The translations under genes and the position numbers were made by a program. Positions 39,763 through 48,965 of a stretch of DNA of 52,211 nt are shown one piece after another. Under the pieces are notes generated by a model, which was not told the DNA's origin, did no database searches, and worked only from the letters and a program-made list of their open reading frames with translations. Position 1 is the stretch's first letter, and each line of letters opens with the position of its first letter. Source of the stretch: Methanobacteriota archaeon (GTDB lineage Archaea > Thermoplasmatota > Poseidoniia > MGIII > CG-Epi1). The DNA is taken from contig JAAZXG010000005.1 in the NCBI GenBank assembly GCA_014240255.1, positions 1-52,211 of the forward strand, written 5' to 3'.

Positions 39763-40361
39763 AATATAGAGGAGCTGAGGCAATTGTTGAAACGGGCCTA
39801 TGGCTTGGTAAGAAAGCTATTTTTAAAACGAGAAATAAGCGTGGATATCGGCATCCTATTCTCGAAAAGAAATTAGTTAAAGAAAGACTGCGTAGTGAGT
39901 CTCGCATTATTGAACGTTTGATTTCCAGTGGGGTAAATGTTCCTGCGATATATAGTGTTGATATTTCGAATAATTGTATAATTATGGAATTTATTGACGG
40001 AATAACTCTCGAAAAGGCTTTAAGGGGTGATAATTTTGAAAAATATTTAGCTCAAACTGCTAAATTGTTATCTTTACTCCATTCACTTAATGTAGTTCAT
40101 GGAGATCCAACAACTAGTAACTTTATGGTTACAGATAGTGTTTATGCAATTGATTTTGGATTATCTACAGTATCTGATGACAATGAGGATAGAGCCTCAG
40201 ACTTACGAGTATTTTTAGAATCTTTAGACTCTCATCATTCAGAGATTTCAGGTAGAGATATTTTTTTATCTTATTATTCTGAATGGAGTCGTTCAACTTC
40301 AGTTCTTGAAGCGTTAAAAATATTAGAATTAAGAGGACGTTATAACCTAATGAGAGGTTAG
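39753..40361 (+). CDS. bud32: KEOPS kinase/ATPase Bud32
   Basis: RGAEA, YRHP, HGDPTTSN, IDFGLS, DLRVF, RGRY. Confidence 0.93.
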   Translation: MEVKYRGAEAIVETGLWLGKKAIFKTRNKRGYRHPILEKKLVKERLRSESRIIERLISSGVNVPAIYSVDISNNCIIMEFIDGITLEKALRGDNFEKYLAQTAKLLSLLHSLNVVHGDPTTSNFMVTDSVYAIDFGLSTVSDDNEDRASDLRVFLESLDSHHSEISGRDIFLSYYSEWSRSTSVLEALKILELRGRYNLMRG

Positions 40362-40419
40362 GGTCATCATAATAATCCCCCCCATTACTAGCAAAATGGA
40401 AATAAAGGTATAAAAGATA

Positions 40420-43002
40420 ATGAAGAAATTTACACTAGTGATATTATTTGTTGCCATATTATTCAGTTTTTCTAGTGCTAATGCTGATAAGGAGCCAGTA
40501 TGGACCTATAGTTCTGTAGATGGTTTTACTGACGTTTCAATTTCTGATGATTCTACAAATATATCTGCAACTTATGGAAAAACAGTTTCTTTGTGGTTTA
40601 ATCACACTTCTACGCCTTATAATAGCAAAACAGTAGGTACTGGTATAACTTCAATGGAGATGTCTTCAAGCGGAAAATATTTGGCTATTGCTGAAGAGAG
40701 TGATGCAACACTAACTCTTTACAACGAGGGGACAAAGGAATGGGATAAATCAGATTTCTTTCTGAGTGTTAATGATGTTGATATAACTTCAGACGGAACT
40801 CATATTGGAGTAATTGACTATCGTAATGTTTATTATTTTTCGAGAACATCAAATGACGAAATATGGTCAGATAATTTTGGAGGAGACATTATGACGACTG
40901 TCGCAATTTCTTCAAACTCACAATATCTTGCTGCAGGAACAGAGGATGGAAATGTTTATGTTTATGATACTTCATCTTCAGATTATATATGGTATTATTC
41001 GGGGACTTTAGATGGAAAGGTAATGGATCTTGATTTCTCTGAAGATAGTAATCATTTAGTTGTGGGTACTGAAAATGGTAAAGTTTACATTTTCGCATCT
41101 TTAAGTGGGGATTTAGATATGGAGTATGCTCAACCCGATAAGGTAACTTGTGTGTCTGGAAGTTCAAATTCAAATTATTATGCTTTTGGAACTGATGAGG
41201 GTTTGGTCTCTGTTCTTGATTTAAGTACTGATTTTTCGATTTGGGAAAAAAATATTAATGGAGAAGTAACTGAACTTGATTTTAATGGTAAGGCTACTCA
41301 CTTAGTTGCAGGTTCAACAAATAAGAAATTACTTTTGACTAACGTAACTAATGGTGATGAAGTGTGGCGAACTACAGCAGCTAGTGAAATTACAAGCGTG
41401 TCTATGTCATATAGGGGTGAAAATATAGTAGTAGGTACTTCGACCGGTTTAGAGTTATATTATGAGCAGCAGTTAGATAATCAAGCACCAGTTGTAGTAA
41501 TAGAATCAGTAAGTCCAACTACAGCACTACCGGGTACTCTGATTACTATGAATGGTTCAGCACTTGATACTGATGGTTTTATTACAGATTATATTTGGAG
41601 TTCAAATATTGATGGTAATTTATCAACTCTATCAAATTTCACGATTTCTAATTTGACAACAGGTTATCATATTATCTCATTTCAAGCTAAAGATAATGAG
41701 GGCCGATGGAGTAGTATAGTTACTGTAAGTGTAGGCGTAGGTGATTTTCCAGAAGCTACAATAGATTCGATAAGTGGTTGTATTGATTTTGAGAATTGTG
41801 TAATTAGTGAAGGAATTAGTATTAATTTTATAGGTTCAGCAGTTTCTGAAGCTTCAGAAGATACAGAGGTTGTGGATTATCAATGGGTGTCAAATTTTAG
41901 CGGTAATGAAACCGTAATCTCAGAATCTGCCATATTTAACACTTCATCATTACAGCGTGGTTCACATATAATCACTTTTAGAGCAAGAAATGACATTGGT
42001 TTTTGGTCTTCAAACATAACTGTAAATCTTAGAATTAATGGAGTGCCAATATTGAGTAGTGTTTATGTAGACCCCAATCCCGTAATTGCAGGTTCCGTTG
42101 TTTTATTAATTGGTAATGCAGAAGATTCAGATGGTGATTCTTTACAATATATTTGGACTACCGATACATTATATTTTGGAAATAAGCAGAATGTATATGA
42201 AAGTTCATTAAATGGGTCAAGTATAGAAACTTCATTATCCGATTCTGGTGAATATGAAGTACATTTACATGTTGTAGATTCTTTTGAAGCTTCTAGTGAA
42301 TCTATAGTGATTATTTTACGGGTTCTTTCTCCCCCCTCAGTTTTAGCAGTATGTCAAGATAACGCAACAATTAATGAAGAATTATTATTCAATACGTTGA
42401 AAAAATCACCAGGTAAGATTGTAAAATATGAGTGGGATTTTGATAGCTCTAACGGAGATATTGATTCTGTAGATTCAACAGGTTCTGCGTTTGCAACACA
42501 TTCTTATAATTTTACACCTATCGGTTCTGACTTTTTAGTAGTTCTAAGAGTAACTGATGAGAATAATTTAACTAGTAGAGATACTTGTACTATAACAATT
42601 ATTGAAGATACATCTTCAGTAAATCCAAAAGGGTCATCATCATCAAAGGATGGTCTCGGCTCAATTACAGAAATAGCTAGTAATCCTGTTTTGATTGGCC
42701 TTGTTTTAATTGTAATAATAGGTGCAAGTGTAGGCTTATATATTTGGAATCGAGATAATCAAGATACTAATTATGTACCTCCATCTAAATCCGAGTCAAT
42801 CTCAGGTTCTGAATATATGGATTCGGTGGTTCCTCTGGCCTCACCAGTTAAGGAAAGAAGGGTGAAGAAAAGGAAAGTAGTTACTGAGACTATGACTATA
42901 GAGTGTCCAGAGTGTTCTTCAAGAATGGATATTCCTAAAATTGCAGGAACACAACAAATTGAATGTTCTGATTGCGGCCTTGAAGGTGAAATAGATCTTT
43001 AA
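40420..43002 (+). CDS. WD40/PQQ-like propeller + PKD-domain single-pass protein with cytoplasmic Zn ribbon
   Basis: Signal peptide; repeats such as VAISSNSQYLAAGTEDGNVY; PKD motifs (DTDGFITDYIW, YEWDFD); TM; terminal CPEC...CSDC. Confidence 0.85.
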   Translation: MKKFTLVILFVAILFSFSSANADKEPVWTYSSVDGFTDVSISDDSTNISATYGKTVSLWFNHTSTPYNSKTVGTGITSMEMSSSGKYLAIAEESDATLTLYNEGTKEWDKSDFFLSVNDVDITSDGTHIGVIDYRNVYYFSRTSNDEIWSDNFGGDIMTTVAISSNSQYLAAGTEDGNVYVYDTSSSDYIWYYSGTLDGKVMDLDFSEDSNHLVVGTENGKVYIFASLSGDLDMEYAQPDKVTCVSGSSNSNYYAFGTDEGLVSVLDLSTDFSIWEKNINGEVTELDFNGKATHLVAGSTNKKLLLTNVTNGDEVWRTTAASEITSVSMSYRGENIVVGTSTGLELYYEQQLDNQAPVVVIESVSPTTALPGTLITMNGSALDTDGFITDYIWSSNIDGNLSTLSNFTISNLTTGYHIISFQAKDNEGRWSSIVTVSVGVGDFPEATIDSISGCIDFENCVISEGISINFIGSAVSEASEDTEVVDYQWVSNFSGNETVISESAIFNTSSLQRGSHIITFRARNDIGFWSSNITVNLRINGVPILSSVYVDPNPVIAGSVVLLIGNAEDSDGDSLQYIWTTDTLYFGNKQNVYESSLNGSSIETSLSDSGEYEVHLHVVDSFEASSESIVIILRVLSPPSVLAVCQDNATINEELLFNTLKKSPGKIVKYEWDFDSSNGDIDSVDSTGSAFATHSYNFTPIGSDFLVVLRVTDENNLTSRDTCTITIIEDTSSVNPKGSSSSKDGLGSITEIASNPVLIGLVLIVIIGASVGLYIWNRDNQDTNYVPPSKSESISGSEYMDSVVPLASPVKERRVKKRKVVTETMTIECPECSSRMDIPKIAGTQQIECSDCGLEGEIDL

Positions 43003-43055
43003 AAAGTGTATATGGTTATTTTATAGGGAAACTTGCATAGGGGGAAGTAGTAAAA

Positions 43056-43562
43056 ATGAAACGCGTAAAACTCATTAATGACCCTGCTGAATTGGTAGCT
43101 CTTTTTAGGGCGGTAGATTCAGAAGGTAGAAGAAATGTATTGACGACTTTAGCTGAAGGTTGGACTATGATTAGTGATCTAGTTTCTGAGCATGGAGAGG
43201 AAGCCTATGGGGCAATAACCTATTTTGAAAAGTTTAAATTAGTCGAATCTCGTTGGGAAGTAAATAGTGAAACCGGGCGTCCTGAGAAAGGTTATCGCAC
43301 ATTCTATAATGCATTTCAGATTTCAACTTCATTAACTTTTGATGAAACTCAGGAATTATTGACAGTAGTATTGATGACCGAAAAGAAATTCAAGTCATTA
43401 GAAGCAAAAATAGTAGAATTAATAGGTACTGAAGGCACTTTTGCAAATGATGTAGCTCGAGATTTAGGCGTATCTTCTCTTACATTGAAAGGTTTAGTAC
43501 GTCGTTCAGTCGAATTCGATTTTAAGGGACATAATATTGTTCCATTGAAAGAGGAAGAATAA
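43056..43562 (+). CDS. Archaeal ArsR-like winged-helix transcriptional regulator
   Basis: INDPAELVALF, LVESRW, PEKGYRTFY fit the euryarchaeal ArsR-type family. Confidence 0.7.
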   Translation: MKRVKLINDPAELVALFRAVDSEGRRNVLTTLAEGWTMISDLVSEHGEEAYGAITYFEKFKLVESRWEVNSETGRPEKGYRTFYNAFQISTSLTFDETQELLTVVLMTEKKFKSLEAKIVELIGTEGTFANDVARDLGVSSLTLKGLVRRSVEFDFKGHNIVPLKEEE

Positions 43563-44119
43563 TGAATGGTTTGGATATAGATGGAACACTACCTGGCCAA
43601 GAGATAGAAGAAGACGAAGAACTTGGCGATACCATTCGTCGTGAAAATGAAGAATTACTAGATGATGGTAAATCCAAATCTTTGCCTAATTGGGATGGTG
43701 ATGGTGATGGCCACGGATGGAAAGAAGACGAATCACTTAGAGGTTGGTTATACCTTATTGCAGGTGCAGGTTACGGAACTCTAGTTGTTTATCTTGTTCT
43801 AGTTATCCAGCAGGGGATGAATATTCCGATACTAAGTTCTGGAGAAGAAATTTCTAATAAATCAGGTGCTTTATCGACTGCACTTTTAATTTCAGCGATG
43901 GTTTATGTTACAATATGGTTTTTCATGTCAGGTAGAGATCATTCATTTTTCACAGAAGATCCAGATAAAGCAAAATTTTACGCAGGTATCATTGGCTTTG
44001 CATCAGTAGTTATCATTGCAATAAGTTGGGAAGATTTCCAAAGAGAAATGATAATTTCAGCTATTGTAACTTTGGTTTCAACTTGGTCTTATATTCGTTC
44101 AGCCCAGATGAAAGGTTAA
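43562..44119 (+). CDS. Hypothetical membrane protein (4 TM, acidic N-terminus)
   Basis: D/E-rich N-terminal region followed by four hydrophobic helices; coupled to the ArsR-like gene (TAATG). Confidence 0.65.
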   Translation: MNGLDIDGTLPGQEIEEDEELGDTIRRENEELLDDGKSKSLPNWDGDGDGHGWKEDESLRGWLYLIAGAGYGTLVVYLVLVIQQGMNIPILSSGEEISNKSGALSTALLISAMVYVTIWFFMSGRDHSFFTEDPDKAKFYAGIIGFASVVIIAISWEDFQREMIISAIVTLVSTWSYIRSAQMKG

Positions 44120-44123
44120 TTTT

Positions 44124-45542
44124 CTAGTGTCTCCACATAGGTAAGACTGATTCATACCCTACTAATGGTACTCCAGTTATGGCTGCAGTATTCTGATCAT
44201 TAGTCCTTAGATGTTCCGGCCCTAAGTCAGATAGATTGCCAACGCCTAAGGATCCAACTGTATCTGCTAGTTTAGTTCCAAATTCTTTTAAATCTTTATT
44301 TGAACAATTATTTTCTAAAAACATACCTGAGGCTCCCAAAGATATAATTTTTGTAATACTTTCAGGATCCAATGAATCACATGTAGCTAAAATAATTAAG
44401 TTATTTTTAATTTTTCTTGTGGCCGTAATTGAAGCTTCTAATGGCATATTTTGGCTCATCAGAATAGCTCCATCTGCTCCGGATTTAGAAATCATTTCTA
44501 AATCATTTTCGACTTCACCTGCATTAAGCTTTACCATAATTGGTATTCTCTTTGCTGTACTCTGCTTGATTAATTCTACAACAAATGCTAAATCAGTAGA
44601 TCGTTGCATATCCAATCTTCTACTTATCTCAGTTGGGCTAAGATTAATTATGGCTATATTTGCTGAATCAAAATTTGAAGGAGATTTTTGGTTAATTCCC
44701 CAATCTGCATAGATTGGTGCATTGTCGCCATTCCATAATAATGGAATTGTTAAATTCAAAGGTTCTTTCTTGTTTTTACCTATAGATAAACCCATTTCAA
44801 CTTTGTCTAGTCCTATAGTCCTTGGCCTTCGACTTAATACAGCATTGACTAGTATCAAAGAGTCTCCAATTGAATGGTTTTTATTTTTTATTTTGAGGGT
44901 TTTGGTTCCTTTATAGTTACTACTTATTGATCTAAAGTTTAGGCCATTAGGATTTACTCCATGATTCTGTAGAGTTTTTTGTATACTTTTCCAGTCACTT
45001 GGTGAAATATTTGAAATATTTAGGTTCTCACTTTCATCAAACTTACCAGCAATAAAGATCTTTCCCCCAGTCATGATTTTCCCAATATCTCCTAAAACAT
45101 CTCCGCAAACTATCAGGTTTCCTCCACTCATGCAAGTTCCAATATCTCCGCTAATATTTCCAGATACAATCAAATCTCCGCCTTTCATAGAAGGTCCAGC
45201 TTCATTCTCGGCTGAACCTTGAATTACAATTGTACCACCAGATAAGCAATGTCCAACACCTTCGCCACAGTTACCATTAATAATTATTTCTCCATTATTC
45301 ATTCCATTTCCAACAAATCTTCCTGCATCTCCATTAAGAATAATATTACTGCCATTATTCATACCGCCAAAATTATCTCCCGCATCTCCATCAAAAGTTA
45401 AATTTTTTCCAGATGGCATATTAACTGCAATACAAGGTTGAGAATCTAAGTTCGTAACTTTTGCCGATTCATGGTTTTCTAATCTTTTATGTAATTGTTT
45501 ATTAATTATACTTGAACTCCATGAATTTTCTGAATCTGTCAT
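44124..45542 (-). CDS. Glutamate synthase-related protein: GXGXG beta-helix fused to a degenerate FMN-barrel region
   Basis: Repeated GDAGxxxGxxMxGG motifs; PIMVKL; C-terminal LRTND..TAAITGVPLVGY. No Cys cluster for a 3Fe-4S centre is visible. Confidence 0.7.
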   Translation of the reverse strand: MTDSENSWSSSIINKQLHKRLENHESAKVTNLDSQPCIAVNMPSGKNLTFDGDAGDNFGGMNNGSNIILNGDAGRFVGNGMNNGEIIINGNCGEGVGHCLSGGTIVIQGSAENEAGPSMKGGDLIVSGNISGDIGTCMSGGNLIVCGDVLGDIGKIMTGGKIFIAGKFDESENLNISNISPSDWKSIQKTLQNHGVNPNGLNFRSISSNYKGTKTLKIKNKNHSIGDSLILVNAVLSRRPRTIGLDKVEMGLSIGKNKKEPLNLTIPLLWNGDNAPIYADWGINQKSPSNFDSANIAIINLSPTEISRRLDMQRSTDLAFVVELIKQSTAKRIPIMVKLNAGEVENDLEMISKSGADGAILMSQNMPLEASITATRKIKNNLIILATCDSLDPESITKIISLGASGMFLENNCSNKDLKEFGTKLADTVGSLGVGNLSDLGPEHLRTNDQNTAAITGVPLVGYESVLPMWRH

Positions 45543-45545
45543 ATT

Positions 45546-46526
45546 TTAATGTCCTCTTGTGACCATGTACTCAAGTAGTTCTTCAAATAAAGTTCTGGCT
45601 TCACTTTCAGGATATTTTAGTAATACTTTACGGGCGCCTTCAAGGTATTGATTTGCTTGTCTATGGCATTCACTTAGTGCCCCACATTCATTCATAATAT
45701 CCACAGCTTCCCGAATGTCTTCATCACTATTTTTATTATCAAGGATTTCCAACAATCGTTTTCTTTGTTCAGAGTTTGCTCTATTTAGAGCTTCGATTAC
45801 CAATAATGTTCTTTTGCCCTGCCTTATATCAGAACCAGAAGGTTTTCCTAAAATATCTTCAGAAGCCGTTGCATCAAGATAATCATCCCAAATCTGGAAT
45901 CCGAGACCTACATTTGTAGCCATATTCTCTAATTCTCTTGCCTCATCTTCATTAGTTCCGCCAATACGGGCACCTCCATAGGCTGCAGCACCAAAAAGAA
46001 TAGATGTCTTTAGTTTAATCATTTCCAAATAATCTTTAGGTTTAACCGTTTCTTTTTCTTCAAAATTAATGTCCATTTGTTGTCCCTCAGCAATTTTCCT
46101 CACAACATATGCAACATTTTGGACTAGGTCTGCTTTTATTCGATCATCAATATCACTGTCAGTTATCATCTCAAATGCATACGCAAATAGAGTGTCTCCA
46201 GCAAGTATTGCCGTAGATAGCCCATAGATGGTATGACACGCTGCTACACCGTGTCTTAGGTCATCATCATCCATTACATCATCATGAACTAATGTGAAAT
46301 TATGTATGGTCTCCAGTGCGGTTGCAAATAGAATTGCTTTCTCAGAGTTGCCACCAACCATATCACAAGTAATAAGCGCCATAACAGGTCTCAAGCGTTT
46401 TCCTCCTGCTAAAGGGATATGGGCACTTGCTTCGTATAGTTTAGTTGGTTCTCTTACTTTTAGATAAGTATGTAGTGCTTCATCAATAGGCTTAGCTCTA
46501 ATTGCAATTTTTTCTTTTAAGTTCAT
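45546..46526 (-). CDS. idsA: Geranylgeranyl diphosphate synthase (short-chain isoprenyl diphosphate synthase)
   Basis: GGKRLRP, HNFTLVHDDVMDDDDLR, GQQMD, KT, FQIWDDYLD, GKPSGSDIRQGK. Confidence 0.9.
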   Translation of the reverse strand: MNLKEKIAIRAKPIDEALHTYLKVREPTKLYEASAHIPLAGGKRLRPVMALITCDMVGGNSEKAILFATALETIHNFTLVHDDVMDDDDLRHGVAACHTIYGLSTAILAGDTLFAYAFEMITDSDIDDRIKADLVQNVAYVVRKIAEGQQMDINFEEKETVKPKDYLEMIKLKTSILFGAAAYGGARIGGTNEDEARELENMATNVGLGFQIWDDYLDATASEDILGKPSGSDIRQGKRTLLVIEALNRANSEQRKRLLEILDNKNSDEDIREAVDIMNECGALSECHRQANQYLEGARKVLLKYPESEARTLFEELLEYMVTRGH

Positions 46527-47203
46527 TCACAATCCCCCATATAGTGTAATTTATCATCTGTAATCTCTTTAAGGTCATCTAAGGCGTCCCAAATGTCATT
46601 CAAAAAGTTTTCTTTAATCAATCTGAACCATGGTCCAATAGTTATGCTTTTATTATCTGCTGCATCAAAAAGTAATTGAAGTTCATTCTGATCGACATAT
46701 TTAGTTTGTTCAATTTCATTTGAGTTTGGAATAATATCCAAATCTTTTTTTATGACAAATATATAATCTATTTCATGTTCAATCCATTTTTTATCAGCTC
46801 TGGAGCGATAGTGCATTTTTGTGATATATTGTATATCATGTAATTCAATTAGAGATGTATTTATGCCTAATTCTTGTGACAATTTTCTTTTGGCAGCTTT
46901 TTTAGCTCCAATAATTCCGTCTTCTTCATTGTCTGAATAAAGTGGATGGCTACAACAACTATTAGCCCATATAGATGGAAATGTAATCTTTTCTGATGCT
47001 CTTTTTTGAATTAATAATTTATTTTTAGTATTAAATAATAAAACACTAAAAGCACGATGCAACTTTCCTTCTCCTAAGTGACAATTTATTTTTGTATCTT
47101 TTCCAAGAATATTATCATCATTATCAACGATTATACAATTCTCTTCCATCATATCTATTTGGTCTTTGTCGTATCCTTGAAGTCCGACTATTGTATTAGG
47201 CAT
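46523..47203 (-). CDS. idi: Isopentenyl-diphosphate delta-isomerase, type 1
   Basis: LHRAFSVLLFN, QKRASEKITFP, WANSCCSHP, WIEHEIDY, NEI, PWF. Confidence 0.92.
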   Translation of the reverse strand: MPNTIVGLQGYDKDQIDMMEENCIIVDNDDNILGKDTKINCHLGEGKLHRAFSVLLFNTKNKLLIQKRASEKITFPSIWANSCCSHPLYSDNEEDGIIGAKKAAKRKLSQELGINTSLIELHDIQYITKMHYRSRADKKWIEHEIDYIFVIKKDLDIIPNSNEIEQTKYVDQNELQLLFDAADNKSITIGPWFRLIKENFLNDIWDALDDLKEITDDKLHYMGDCE

Positions 47204-47218
47204 TATAGTATACTATAA
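47203..47218. promoter_or_regulatory. Perfect 16-bp palindrome abutting the idi start codon
   Basis: TTATAGTA|TACTATAA. Confidence 0.45.
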
Positions 47219-47283
47219 AGGGTCCAATTAAAAAATGTACAGTGCATGCTAAGCTCTTTATTTCACCATCAAATAAGGCGTTC

Positions 47284-48795
47284 ATGAGTAAGTTAGATTT
47301 CCTACAAGAATTAGGTATCGAAGAGGTTAATTTGGGTGGTTTTTCAACAAAATGGTTTGGTTCAGGTACTAATCTAAAATCGATTGCACCTGCTGATGAA
47401 AGTGTGATTGCTACAGTTAATCAATGCGATTCAGGAGATTATGAACAGATAATGAAAGACACGGCAACTATTTTTCAAAAATGGAGAATGGAACCTGCAC
47501 CAAAGCGAGGAGAAGTAGTTAGACTTCTTGCTAATGAATTTCGTAAACATAAAGTCGCTCTTGGGAAATTAATAGCTTGGGAAATGGGTAAGATTCAAGC
47601 CGAAGGTGAAGGTGAAGTTCAGGAGATGATTGATATTGCAGATTATGCAGTTGGCCTTAGTAGACAACTTTACGGTAAAACTATGCACTCTGAACGCCCT
47701 AATCATCGTATGTATGAACAGTGGCATCCGTTAGGGACAGTAGGGATTATCACTGCCTTTAATTTCCCAGGAGCTGTTTGGGCCTGGAATGCGATGATAG
47801 CTGCAGTTTGTGGTGATGTGATGGTTTGGAAACCCTCATCTAAAACACCATTAACTGCAATAGCTATCCAAAAAATAGTTAATCAAGTTTTAGATCCATT
47901 AGGTTGGAATGGTGTAATGTCGTTGTTAGTAGGCTCTAGTAGAGATGTAGGTGAGATGTTAATACATGATAGACGAATTCCACTAATTTCAGCTACAGGT
48001 TCTTGTAATATGGGGCGTAAGATAGGTGGCGCCGTATCTAAGAGATTAGCACGTTCTCTTTTAGAATTAGGAGGAAATAATGGAATTATTGTAATGCCAG
48101 ATGCAGATCCTGAGTTAGTTTTGCGAGCTGTGGTATTTGGTGCAGTTGGAACTGCAGGCCAAAGATGTACTTCTACACGGCGTTTGTTTTTGCACAAGGA
48201 TATAGCTTCTGATATGATTGAACGTTTGATTACTTCATATTCACAAGTTAAGATAGGTGATCCTTTAGATTCTAAAACACTAATGGGTCCATTAGTTGAT
48301 GAAACTGCCGTTAATGATTTTTCTATGGCATTGAAAACAGTTAAAGAAGAAGGTGGCGAGATTATTCATGGAGGAAAGAGTATTGATTCTCCAGGCTTTT
48401 ATGTTGAACCTACTATAGTACGTGCAAGTATAGACATGGCTATTGCCAGAGAGGAGACGTTTGCTCCCATTCTTTACCTTTTTGAGTTTGATACATTAGA
48501 GGAAGCAATATCAATGCATAATTCAGTGGATCAAGGTTTATCGTCATCGATATTCACAAGAGATATGCAATCTGTTGAAAACTTTCTTTCACATGCAGGA
48601 AGTGATTGTGGTATTGCTAATGTTAATATTGGAACGAGTGGGGCTGAAATTGGCGGTGCATTTGGTGGCGAAAAGGATACTGGAGGAGGACGTGAAGCAG
48701 GATCAGATTCATGGAAAGTTTACATGCGTAGGCAGACCAATACACTTAATTGGTCCGATGACTTACCATTAGCACAAGGAATTGAATTTGGATAA
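47284..48795 (+). CDS. Aldehyde dehydrogenase family 7 (L-piperideine-6-carboxylate/AASA dehydrogenase-like)
   Basis: PAPKRGE, GEVQEMIDI, QWHPLG, AFNFP, LELGGNN, GTAGQRCT, GAEIGGAFGGEK, LPLAQGIEF. Likely ATG 47284. Confidence 0.88.
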   Translation: MSKLDFLQELGIEEVNLGGFSTKWFGSGTNLKSIAPADESVIATVNQCDSGDYEQIMKDTATIFQKWRMEPAPKRGEVVRLLANEFRKHKVALGKLIAWEMGKIQAEGEGEVQEMIDIADYAVGLSRQLYGKTMHSERPNHRMYEQWHPLGTVGIITAFNFPGAVWAWNAMIAAVCGDVMVWKPSSKTPLTAIAIQKIVNQVLDPLGWNGVMSLLVGSSRDVGEMLIHDRRIPLISATGSCNMGRKIGGAVSKRLARSLLELGGNNGIIVMPDADPELVLRAVVFGAVGTAGQRCTSTRRLFLHKDIASDMIERLITSYSQVKIGDPLDSKTLMGPLVDETAVNDFSMALKTVKEEGGEIIHGGKSIDSPGFYVEPTIVRASIDMAIAREETFAPILYLFEFDTLEEAISMHNSVDQGLSSSIFTRDMQSVENFLSHAGSDCGIANVNIGTSGAEIGGAFGGEKDTGGGREAGSDSWKVYMRRQTNTLNWSDDLPLAQGIEFG

Positions 48796-48797
48796 AT

Positions 48798-48965
48798 ATG
48801 AGCGAAGACGAAAGACAATATATGCGAGTTCCTAAAGAAATGGCTGAAATCGTTATGGGGAAACTATCTGATGAAGGTTTAATAGATGAAGAAGCTGAAG
48901 TTAAATGGGAAGGTGACTTTGTTTCTTTTCCTCTAATTTTGGATTCTTCAAAAGATAAAGATTAA
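48798..48965 (+). CDS. Small acidic protein resembling the Trm5 N-terminal (D1) domain, 55 aa, absent from the ORF track
   Basis: MSEDERQYMRVPKEMAEIVMGKLSDEGLIDEEAEVKWEGDFVSFPLILDSSKDKD*; starts 2 nt after the ALDH stop. Confidence 0.55.
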   Translation: MSEDERQYMRVPKEMAEIVMGKLSDEGLIDEEAEVKWEGDFVSFPLILDSSKDKD

